DNA from: Candidatus Methylomirabilota bacterium
GTDB taxonomy: Bacteria > Methylomirabilota > Methylomirabilia > Rokubacteriales > CSP1-6
Assembly: GCA_046734515.1 (NCBI GenBank)
Contig: JBKPRI010000269.1
Span: 1-49,001, forward strand
DNA length: 49,001 bases
Reading direction: 5' to 3'
The notes under the pieces were generated by a model that saw nothing but the letters and a program-made list of their open reading frames with translations, made no database searches and had not been told where the DNA came from. The translations under genes were made by a program, and so were the position numbers. Below are positions 42,088 through 49,001 of this stretch, piece after piece. Every line of letters begins with the position of its first letter. Positions within the stretch are counted from its first letter, which is position 1.

Positions 42088-43590
42088 TCAGCGGCGGCGC
42101 TTGAGCAGCCAGTCGATCGCGCCACTGCCATCGTCGGCGTCGGCGCCACTCTCGACTCGTGGCGTCCGTTCCGCGGGGACTCGGCGTTCGATCGACGCCG
42201 ACGACTCGCCGGTGGCCGGGAGCTCGGTCGGACGACGGCGATCGGCCCGGGGCGATGATTCGACTGGGGCACGCGGCGCGATCGGCGCCGCTGACTGGAC
42301 GGCGCGCGGGCGACGGTCGATCGTCGACCGAGCACTCGCGGACGGCGCGATCGGCGGCAGAATCATGGGCGGCGGAGCGGCCGGCGATTCGGGCGCGACC
42401 ACCGCAGCTCGTGGTTCCGCGGGTGGCCTGTTCTCGACCGCGCCGGCTTCGGACGGCGCCGTCAGCTCGCGAGGGGCCGAGAGCTGCGCCGCCGCCTCGG
42501 ATGACCGCAGAACCTCCGGCTCGATCGGAACGGCCGTGACCGCCGGCGGCGTTACACCGCGGTAGAGCTGCGCTGCGATGTGATCGAGGCCGGCAATCCA
42601 CACGATGGCGGCCGTGACGCCGGCCATGGCGACGGCCGCGGTCATGCGAAGCGCGATCGGCCGCTGACGGCGGCGCACGCGGCGACGGGCATTCCCCCGC
42701 CCCTTCACCAGGCGAGGGGGATTCTCCGGCGCGGTGACGGCTGCCGCCGCACCCCAGATGTCATTGATCATCACCGTGATGTCCGGATAGCGGCGCTCGG
42801 GCCGTGGCTCGAGTGCCGTCTCGATGATCCGCTGGATGGTCGGTGACAGGGGCGGCGTCACCGCGACAGCGCCCGGAGTCTGCTCCCCTTTGCCGGCCGT
42901 CAGGACGTGCCGGAGCAGCATCCCCAGCGCGTACACGTCGGTGGCCTCAGTCGCTTCGCCGCCTTCGAGCTGTTCCGGCGCGAGATAGGACGACGGGAAC
43001 GGCTCGCGGAAGCGCCGGCCGATCGGGGTGCGGTACGCGGCGGCCAGCTCGGCTCCGACGACGCTGATCCGTTCACCGTCGTTCAGCATGAGCACCGTGT
43101 CCGGGCCCAGCCGGCCGTGAACGAGGCCGTTGTGATGAAGCGCCTCGAGCGCCTCGCCGACCCGGATGGCCACGCGCAGCCCCGTGGGCACGGCGAGGGC
43201 GCCGCCGCCGTCGATGACTTCACCCAGCGTGGCGCCCTCGACCCGCTCGAGCGCGACGAAGAGCTGGCCGGTCTCGATCGCGCCACACTCGTAGACGCGC
43301 TGCACCCCGCGGAGCACCTGGGCCGGTGTCGCCAGCGCGAGGGATCGCGCGCGTACCGCCGCCACGAACTTCGTGTCACGCGCGAATTCGTCTCGCAGCA
43401 CTTTCAGCGTGATCGGCCGATGGTGGCGGATGTCCTCGGCGCTGTAGACGACCACGTCGGCGTCGACCGACGTGATGGCCTTCACCCGGTATCGCGCGTT
43501 AATGAGCGAGCCGATGAGACTCGAATTGAACTCCGGCACGGCCGCCGGCTGAGGCGCGGCGCCGACCGTCACGTCAGTCGTCACCGGCAA
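42088..43590 (-). CDS. membrane-anchored Hanks-type kinase-like protein, predicted pseudokinase
   Basis: The kinase fold is recognisable: ITLKVL (VAIK Lys), YLAPEQ (APE), DVYALG, RPERRYP. The catalytic motifs are lost. The Gly-rich loop reads ITSVDADVVVY, HRDLKPxN reads VHGRLGPDTV and DFG reads VVGAEL. One TM follows (IALRMTAAVAMAGVTAAIVWIAGL), then a Pro/Ala/Arg/Ser-rich low-complexity tail. It uses a TTG start. Confidence 0.75.
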   Translation of the reverse strand: MPVTTDVTVGAAPQPAAVPEFNSSLIGSLINARYRVKAITSVDADVVVYSAEDIRHHRPITLKVLRDEFARDTKFVAAVRARSLALATPAQVLRGVQRVYECGAIETGQLFVALERVEGATLGEVIDGGGALAVPTGLRVAIRVGEALEALHHNGLVHGRLGPDTVLMLNDGERISVVGAELAAAYRTPIGRRFREPFPSSYLAPEQLEGGEATEATDVYALGMLLRHVLTAGKGEQTPGAVAVTPPLSPTIQRIIETALEPRPERRYPDITVMINDIWGAAAAVTAPENPPRLVKGRGNARRRVRRRQRPIALRMTAAVAMAGVTAAIVWIAGLDHIAAQLYRGVTPPAVTAVPIEPEVLRSSEAAAQLSAPRELTAPSEAGAVENRPPAEPRAAVVAPESPAAPPPMILPPIAPSASARSTIDRRPRAVQSAAPIAPRAPVESSPRADRRRPTELPATGESSASIERRVPAERTPRVESGADADDGSGAIDWLLKRRR

Positions 43591-43817
43591 TGGTTCACGA
43601 TCGAGGGCACCGCCGCGGGAGTTGAAGGCGATCGAGCGAGAGTCGAAGCCAAGCTCGCGACCGACATTCTGGACGCATCATGAGACCACTCCCGATCCAC
43701 GTCAAGAGCGGAATCACCTAGAAAAAACTCTTGCCGAAACCCCGACGATGTCCTACACCTAGGTCAGCCGGTGAAACATTGCGTATCGATGAGACGCTGA
43801 CGCCGGGAGCTCCTCAG

Positions 43818-45293
43818 ATGCAAAAGCTCGTCGACCTCGCGCGGCGCACGCTCGAGGTCGACCGGAAAGCCGCCGACGCCGCCCGCCGCGACAGTCCCAA
43901 GACGGCAAACGCCTCGCCCGACGCCACCGAATCGGAGATCTGCGCGCACTTCATCGCGCTCGCCCGCGAGCGACGCGAGGGCTGCGAGGGGCGTCTGGCC
44001 CGGCTGGAGCTCGATCGCAAGGCGACCGCGGCGAAGATCGACGTGAGGCAGACCCGCGATGCTTTCGCGCGCCTGCTGACGCCCGTCGAGCCGGGCCTCG
44101 AGAAGCTCCGATCGGACCACACCGCGGTGCTCTATCAGGCCAAGGAGAACGAGGCGCGCGCCCTGAAGCACCTGCGATGGTTCCAGAACAAGCACGGCCT
44201 TCACCACCGGGCCGCGTCATACCCGGGCTCGCCGCTGTACCACTTCGCCATCGTGGCCGGGCTGGCGCTGGTCGAGTGGATGTCGCTCGCGGCGTTCTAC
44301 GCGGAGGGCAGCGACTTCGGTCTCCTCGGCGGCGTGCTGATCGCGATGACGCTCTCCGTCGTCAACATCAGTCTCGCCATCCTCGCCGGTGGGCTCCTGC
44401 GGTACGTGAATCACCGGAGCGGTCGCCGGAAAGCGCTCGCCTTGACGGGGGTCGCGGTGCTGTACGCCGGTTTTCTCCTCGTGACGCTCGCCGCCGCGCA
44501 CTATCGGGTCGCGACCGGCGACATCGCGCAGTCACAGCCGGAGGTGTCCGGACCGGCCGGCGCGGCGCTGCCGCCTCAGGTCGCGGCGGACTTCGATCAG
44601 TGGCGGGCCGCGCGGCTGGCCTGGCAGCGCTTCTCCCGCAATCCGGTCGGATTCGAGGACGTCTTTTCCTGGATCCTGGTCGTGCTGGCCGGCGTCTTTG
44701 GCATCTTCGCCTCGTACAAGGGCTACCGGATCGACGACCCGTATCCGGGCTACGGCGAGCTCGATCGAGAGCTGAACGCACGGCGGGCCTACTACGAAGG
44801 CCGCAAGGCCGAGTACTGCCGCCTCATCGACCAGGTCTTCGACCGCATCGTCGACGAGCAGGCGCGGCTGTTCGCGGACGTGAAGGCGAACATCGAATAC
44901 TATCAACAGCTCGTCGCCAAGAGCGACGACGAGCGCCGGGCCTTCGCGCACGAGACGGCCGAGCTCCAGGACGCGTGCAACCTTCTGCTGAAGCGCTATC
45001 GGGAGGCCAACGCGCGCGCACGCACCTCGCCGACGCCCTACTACTTCAAGGACACCTTCGCCTTCGATGGCGATCTCTTGCGGCCGCCCGAGGCGATCTC
45101 GGCGTACGACGCGCGGTTGCTGGCGTCCTACGAGAGCGCGATGAAGGACTTCAGCGACATCGCCCGGCAGAACGACGCGACCGTCCAGAACCTCCGGACC
45201 GGCGAGATCCGCCGCCGCGACTACTACTTCAACAAGCTCGAGCGCGAGGTTCGCGAACGGCTCGTCCGGGAAGCGTGGGAGATCAAGAGCTGA
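43818..45293 (+). CDS. cassette gene A: 4-TM membrane protein flanked by long helical/coiled-coil cytoplasmic regions
   Basis: ATG at 43818 with GGGAG 8 nt upstream; the track ORF starts at a TTG at 43731. There are four hydrophobic segments: LYHFAIVAGLALVEWMSLAAFY, FGLLGGVLIAMTLSVVNISLAILAGGLL, ALALTGVAVLYAGFLLVTLAAAHY and VFSWILVVLAGVFGIFASY. The N- and C-terminal regions are charged and heptad-like. I recognise no family. Confidence 0.7.
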   Translation: MQKLVDLARRTLEVDRKAADAARRDSPKTANASPDATESEICAHFIALARERREGCEGRLARLELDRKATAAKIDVRQTRDAFARLLTPVEPGLEKLRSDHTAVLYQAKENEARALKHLRWFQNKHGLHHRAASYPGSPLYHFAIVAGLALVEWMSLAAFYAEGSDFGLLGGVLIAMTLSVVNISLAILAGGLLRYVNHRSGRRKALALTGVAVLYAGFLLVTLAAAHYRVATGDIAQSQPEVSGPAGAALPPQVAADFDQWRAARLAWQRFSRNPVGFEDVFSWILVVLAGVFGIFASYKGYRIDDPYPGYGELDRELNARRAYYEGRKAEYCRLIDQVFDRIVDEQARLFADVKANIEYYQQLVAKSDDERRAFAHETAELQDACNLLLKRYREANARARTSPTPYYFKDTFAFDGDLLRPPEAISAYDARLLASYESAMKDFSDIARQNDATVQNLRTGEIRRRDYYFNKLEREVRERLVREAWEIKS

Positions 45294-45297
45294 CCCT

Positions 45298-46116
45298 GTG
45301 CCGCTGAGCAGCCTGGATCGGCGGGGCATCTTCATCCTGAGCGGTGTCGGCGCCTTCGCGGCAGTGCTGCTGGCGACCGTCGTCGGCGTCACGTGGAGCC
45401 GGCCCATCATCGGCCCCGACAACTGCGTGTACCGGGACCGGCGCTTTCTCAGCCGGGCCCCGACCGACCAGACGGTGGTGCTGGTCGACCAGTCGGAGGC
45501 GCTGACCGAGACGCATCGGCGATTCGCACTGACCTTCCTCAAGGACTATGTCGCCGACGACACACGATTCGCCGTGCGCTCACGGATCGCCCTGTTCACC
45601 TTCAGCAAGGCGACCTTCGAGCTCCGGAGCGGCCCGCGCCTGCGCCCGAGCTCGGATCTGTGCCGGCCGCCGTCGCGGGGGAACGACCTCTACGAGAACA
45701 ACCGGAAGATCACCAAGGACTTCCACCAGCGCTTCCTGGTCCCGGTCACCGCCACGCTCGAGCAGAGCCTCACCACCGAGGTCGGCGAGCAATCACCGAT
45801 CCTCGAGACGCTGCAGCTCATCTCGCGCTCGCAGGAGATCGACGACGGGGGCCGCAAGACCTTGATCATCGTCTCCGACATGCTGCAGCACACCGCCGCG
45901 TTCAATCACTACGGGCCCGCCCGCGGCTACGATGACTTCGTGCGATCCGGCTTCGCCGCCGACGTGAAGGCGGACTTCCGGGACTGGAACGTCATCGTGA
46001 TCTATCTGCGCCGGTACCAGGATCGCCAGCTGCAGCAGGCCGCGCATATCGACTTCTGGCAGCGCTATTTCCACGAGGCCGGCGCGAAGATCATCCGCTG
46101 GGCCGGAGTCGACTGA
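45298..46116 (+). CDS. cassette gene B: N-terminally membrane-anchored alpha/beta domain protein, vWA-like
   Basis: The GTG start lies 4 nt after the gene A stop. The TM is IFILSGVGAFAAVLLATVVGV. TVVLVDQSEALTE is MIDAS-like (DxSxA), and SPILETLQLIS and TLIIVSDMLQH fit the vWA/Rossmann-like strand-helix pattern. The assignment is tentative. Confidence 0.6.
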   Translation: MPLSSLDRRGIFILSGVGAFAAVLLATVVGVTWSRPIIGPDNCVYRDRRFLSRAPTDQTVVLVDQSEALTETHRRFALTFLKDYVADDTRFAVRSRIALFTFSKATFELRSGPRLRPSSDLCRPPSRGNDLYENNRKITKDFHQRFLVPVTATLEQSLTTEVGEQSPILETLQLISRSQEIDDGGRKTLIIVSDMLQHTAAFNHYGPARGYDDFVRSGFAADVKADFRDWNVIVIYLRRYQDRQLQQAAHIDFWQRYFHEAGAKIIRWAGVD

Positions 46117-46121
46117 GCCAC

Positions 46122-47810
46122 GTGACCCGCCTGGTGGCGAGTCTGCCGTCCACGTTCCTCGGCTTTATCGCTCTCGGGGTCGGCGTGATCCTGACGTTCA
46201 GCGCATGGTCCGCCGGGGGGCCGGGCGGTTCGCGACACTGGATCATGACCGCGCTGGTCGTGGGGCTGATGTTCGTGTACGGACTCCTCCTCTGGCTCAG
46301 GTCGAGGACGGCGTACGCCGCCGAGACCGATGGCGAGACGTTCTATTACCTCGGCTTCATCTACACGCTCGCCACCCTGGTCGCCACGTTCGCGCCGCTG
46401 CTCAACGCGCCGGAGCGAGTCGAGAGCCGCCACGTGCTGGGCCTGTTCGGGGTGGGCCTCATCACGACGTTCGTCGGCCTGGCCGGGCGGATTGTCTTCG
46501 CGCAGACCGTCGCGGGGCCGGCCCGGCCAGAGGACGACGCGCGGCGCCTCGGCGACGCCTACACGGACGCGGCGCGCGCCATCGAGCGGAGCACCGTTCG
46601 CATCGTGCACGCCCAGCAGCGCGCCGAGGGACATCTGAACGAGTCGTATTCCGGTGCGGTCGAGACGATCCGGAACGTCTCCGATCGCGTGACGCAGCAG
46701 CTCGATGCGCTGAACGCGCAGGTCCTGCGGCAGTTCGCGGCGATGATCGAGCGCGTCAGCGCCGACGCCGAATCCGCCTTCGCGGAGGTGCGCACTCGCG
46801 CGGTCCAGCAGATCGACGCGGCGTGCCGGGACGCGGCCAAGACGCACGACACGGCCAGGGAGCAGATCGAGAGCCTGGCGGCCGGAACGGCCGGCGCCGT
46901 CCGGGCCGTCGGCGAGCAGGTCGTCCGGGACGTCGCCCGGATGGCGCGGGAATCGGCGGCGGAGCTCGCCGAGTTCGTGCGCCAGACGAACGGCAGCGTG
47001 AGCACGGCCCTGCAGCAGTTCGAGACACGCGTCGACGCGCTTCGCCTGCCCTCCGGGGACATCGGCGAGAAGCTGACCGCGGTGTTGACCGAGCTCGCGG
47101 AGCGGGCAGAGCGGCTCCGGCGTACGACCGTCGACGTGGACGCCGCCTACGGTGAGCTCGAGGAGACGCTGGCCGGCGCGGTGAACGGCGCGCGAGACGG
47201 CGGCCGGGCCTTCAATGCCCTGGCCGTCTCGGCCGACGCGGCGACGTCAGCGGTGACGTCGGCCAACACGAACGTCGAGCAATTCGCCGCACACCTCAAG
47301 GAGCTCGGCGCCCTCGCTGCCGCGCTGGAACAGCTGCCGCAGGAGGGCGCCGGCATCATCGCAACCCTCGGTGACCTGCGCACGCACCTCGGCGAAGCCA
47401 ACCGCGCGTGGGCAGAGGTGGCCGGCGTGACCGACGACGCCAGCAAGTCGATGGCGCGCGCGGGCGCGGCCCTGACGTCGCTCGAGCACGGCACGCGCGC
47501 GGCGGAGCAGTCCGTGCGCACGTGGAGCGGCGGCCTGACGAACGCGGGCCTCGGACTGCACGCGCTGACCGAGGTGACCGAGCGTGTCGTGAAGCTTGGC
47601 CAGGACGCCGTGACCACCCAGGCCCAGCTCTCCGCGCAGATCTCGGGACCGCTCGTCGAGCAGCTGCGCCTCCACAGCGAGGCGGCCGGCGCGCTCGCGA
47701 GCCGGCTGCAGGAAGACCTGCAGGCGTCCGAGGAAGCCGTGCGCCGGGTCCACCATCACCTCATCGATGCCTCACGCTTCATTCTGAGCAAGGTCGAGTA
47801 TCGGCGGTGA
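46122..47810 (+). CDS. cassette gene C: 4-TM ExbB/MotA/TolQ-like stator-type protein with ~430-aa Ala-rich helical tail
   Basis: The GTG start lies 5 nt after the gene B stop. There are four N-terminal TMs. TM3 FYYLGFIYTLATLVATF and TM4 LGLFGVGLITTFVGLAGRIVF resemble, from memory, the ExbB signatures GLFGTVWGI and EALLATAIGLVAAIP with similar spacing. The remaining ~430 aa is predicted helical, with no catalytic motif visible. Confidence 0.6.
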   Translation: MTRLVASLPSTFLGFIALGVGVILTFSAWSAGGPGGSRHWIMTALVVGLMFVYGLLLWLRSRTAYAAETDGETFYYLGFIYTLATLVATFAPLLNAPERVESRHVLGLFGVGLITTFVGLAGRIVFAQTVAGPARPEDDARRLGDAYTDAARAIERSTVRIVHAQQRAEGHLNESYSGAVETIRNVSDRVTQQLDALNAQVLRQFAAMIERVSADAESAFAEVRTRAVQQIDAACRDAAKTHDTAREQIESLAAGTAGAVRAVGEQVVRDVARMARESAAELAEFVRQTNGSVSTALQQFETRVDALRLPSGDIGEKLTAVLTELAERAERLRRTTVDVDAAYGELEETLAGAVNGARDGGRAFNALAVSADAATSAVTSANTNVEQFAAHLKELGALAAALEQLPQEGAGIIATLGDLRTHLGEANRAWAEVAGVTDDASKSMARAGAALTSLEHGTRAAEQSVRTWSGGLTNAGLGLHALTEVTERVVKLGQDAVTTQAQLSAQISGPLVEQLRLHSEAAGALASRLQEDLQASEEAVRRVHHHLIDASRFILSKVEYRR

Positions 47811-48466
47811 TCCGCCGAGATCGCCTGGCCCGAAACCGCGACGTCGCGCTCACGACCCTGATCGATCTGCTCGTCCAGGTCATCTTCGTGCTGGCGCTGA
47901 TCCTGGTCTCCGCCGACGTGGGCGGCAACGAGTCGCGTGAGCGGGGCTGGGTGACGCCCGAGGCATGGAAGACGCTGATCAGCATCTTCGATGTCGATCC
48001 CCGGACGCTCCGCGAGGTCCCCGCGCAGGTGGCGGCCATCGAGGCCACCTACGGCAGGCTGCAAGACAATCTGAAAGCTTGCGACGCCAGGACCGGCGCC
48101 TGCGAAAGAAACGCCGGACGAGGTCCGGGGAACGCGCCGTGCCGCAATTCGGCGGGAGTCGAGATGGTGGTCGCCGAGGCGACGATCGATCACCACGGGC
48201 GGATCGTCGTGGCGCCCGGGCGCGACGCGGATCAGCTCGAGCAAGACCATCCGCTCGGCGCCGACGCGTTCGGCGTCCCGCTTTCCGCCGAGCGATTCGC
48301 CGCCGTCTTCCGCCGGTGGCGCGAGCACGGGCTGACGCATCAGCCTCCGTGCGCCTTCAAGGCGGACGTGCGCTACGATGCGCGCGCGCCGGCGGGCGAC
48401 TACGAGCCGGCGCGGCGCGCCATCGCCAGCTACTTCACGTTGTCGGCGTCCCCCAAGCGCTTCTGA
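47807..48466 (+). CDS. cassette gene D: ExbD/TolR/MotB-like single-TM protein with conserved TM Asp
   Basis: The GTG at 47807 overlaps the gene C stop (GTGA). A short basic N-terminus (IRRDRLARNR) is followed by DVALTTLIDLLVQVIFVLALILV, which resembles the ExbD/TolR TM (INVTPFIDVMLVLLIIFMV) including the Asp. The C-terminal domain has four Cys and an ExbD-like pattern (EATIDHHGRIVV...FKADVRYD). No OmpA-type peptidoglycan-binding motif is seen. Confidence 0.55.
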   Translation: MIRRDRLARNRDVALTTLIDLLVQVIFVLALILVSADVGGNESRERGWVTPEAWKTLISIFDVDPRTLREVPAQVAAIEATYGRLQDNLKACDARTGACERNAGRGPGNAPCRNSAGVEMVVAEATIDHHGRIVVAPGRDADQLEQDHPLGADAFGVPLSAERFAAVFRRWREHGLTHQPPCAFKADVRYDARAPAGDYEPARRAIASYFTLSASPKRF

Positions 48467-48477
48467 GCGCTGACCCC

Positions 48478-48735
48478 GTGTCGCCGCCGACGCGCCGCGA
48501 TCTCGCCGAACAGCTCACGGGACTCCTGAACGGCATCGACATCGCGATCCGTGTTCGGCGGCACGAATCCGCCACGCCCACGGGCGAGCCACCCTCGGAG
48601 ACCGATCGGCGCGACACGGGAATCCGCGAGGCGCTGGTCGCGGCGCTCCGGCGGCTGCGTCTCTCCTCGCCCCCTCAACTACTGAGCAACCACGCTCGAA
48701 CTCACCCGCGGGGCAAGTCCACTCGGACACAGTAG
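48478..48735 (+). CDS. cassette gene E (possible): small hypothetical protein
   Basis: The GTG lies 11 nt after the gene D stop. It encodes 85 aa, with high GC3 over roughly the first 60 codons and no recognisable motif. Confidence 0.3.
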   Translation: MSPPTRRDLAEQLTGLLNGIDIAIRVRRHESATPTGEPPSETDRRDTGIREALVAALRRLRLSSPPQLLSNHARTHPRGKSTRTQ

Positions 48736-48783
48736 CGCGCTGGGGCGAAGGACGGGCACCGCCGCAACGGGGTACAACAGGAC

Positions 48784-49001
48784 ATGCCCTACGACCACCT
48801 CGAGATCGAGGCCCGCTGGCAACGCTACTGGGACGCGCACGGGACGTTCCGCGCTACGCGCCGGAGCGGCCGGCCCAAGCGCTACGTCCTCGACATGTTC
48901 CCCTACCCGTCCGGCGTCGGTCTGCATGTCGGTCATCCCGAGGGGTACACCGCCACCGACATCATGGCGCGTGCCTGGCGCATGCGCGGCTACGACGTGC
49001 T
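48784..49001 (+). CDS. leuS: leucine--tRNA ligase, N-terminal part (runs off the right edge)
   Basis: [22 protein letters not shown]...[41 protein letters not shown], the classic LeuRS N-terminus with the HIGH motif (HVGH). There is no stop in the window, so it is absent from the ORF track. Confidence 0.9.
   Translation, partial: MPYDHLEIEARWQRYWDAHGTFRATRRSGRPKRYVLDMFPYPSGVGLHVGHPEGYTATDIMARAWRMRGYDV

Noticed and set aside
42088-43590. Annotation as an active Ser/Thr protein kinase
   Set aside because: The catalytic loop Asp, Lys and Asn, the DFG Asp and the glycine-rich loop are all substituted, so I call it a pseudokinase pending an HMM alignment.
1-49001. Mobile elements, prophage, toxin-antitoxin pairs or a classical defence island
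   Set aside because: I recognised no integrase, transposase, recombinase, terminal inverted repeats, tRNA attachment site or restriction, Cas or abortive-infection enzymes in any frame I inspected. The defence idea for the right-hand cassette therefore rests only on architectural analogy.

Overview
GC-rich bacterial chromosomal segment with strong GC3 bias and about 38 protein genes. I found no rRNA, tRNA, CRISPR array, transposase or integrase. The gene content (many family-III CoA-transferase, LLM, hydantoinase, amidohydrolase and TAXI-type genes) suggests a soil bacterium, but taxonomy cannot be fixed from this window.

Left third (1-9.7 kb):
- A partial gene for a secreted protein built from near-perfect 42-bp (14-aa) tandem repeats.
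- Three tandem paralogous ~940-aa one-component STAND regulators (N-terminal OmpR/PhoB-type winged helix, P-loop NB-ARC-like NTPase, TPR-like C-terminus).
- An ECF sigma factor gene wedged between paralogs 1 and 2.
- Both divergent control regions carry the same architecture: three TCAGG repeats phased exactly 10 bp apart, abutting AAGACT-17 nt-TACGCT.

9.8-18.8 kb: an oxidant/xenobiotic block (chloroperoxidase-type hydrolase, Ohr, cytochrome P460, tripartite RND pump, DUF2279-like protein).

18.8-40 kb: catabolic genes.
- These include a class-V aminotransferase, hydantoinase A/B, a serine hydrolase, an orphan TAXI binding protein, an LLM monooxygenase, an MFS transporter and a GH63-like glucosidase.
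- They also include CMD, alpha/beta hydrolase, Gfo/Idh/MocA, MBL lactonase-like, CoA-transferase, PrmA-like, Tat-amidohydrolase and AraC genes.
- Two operon leaders share a 24-nt element (22/24 identical) whose 3' end can pair with the downstream Shine-Dalgarno.

Right end (40-49 kb):
- An orphan response regulator, a secreted protein, a ~680-bp ORF-poor gap and a membrane-anchored predicted pseudokinase.
- Divergent from the pseudokinase is the most interesting locus, a tightly coupled 4-5 gene membrane cassette.
- Its members are a 4-TM coiled-coil protein, a membrane-anchored vWA-like protein, a 4-TM ExbB/MotA-like protein with a ~430-aa helical tail, an ExbD/TolR-like protein and a small ORF.
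- I cannot assign the cassette to a named system. It loosely resembles Zorya ZorAB-type stator modules but has different partner genes.
- The window ends in the 5' part of leuS.

Most other long ORFs in the supplied track are antisense or out-of-frame shadow ORFs typical of GC-rich DNA.
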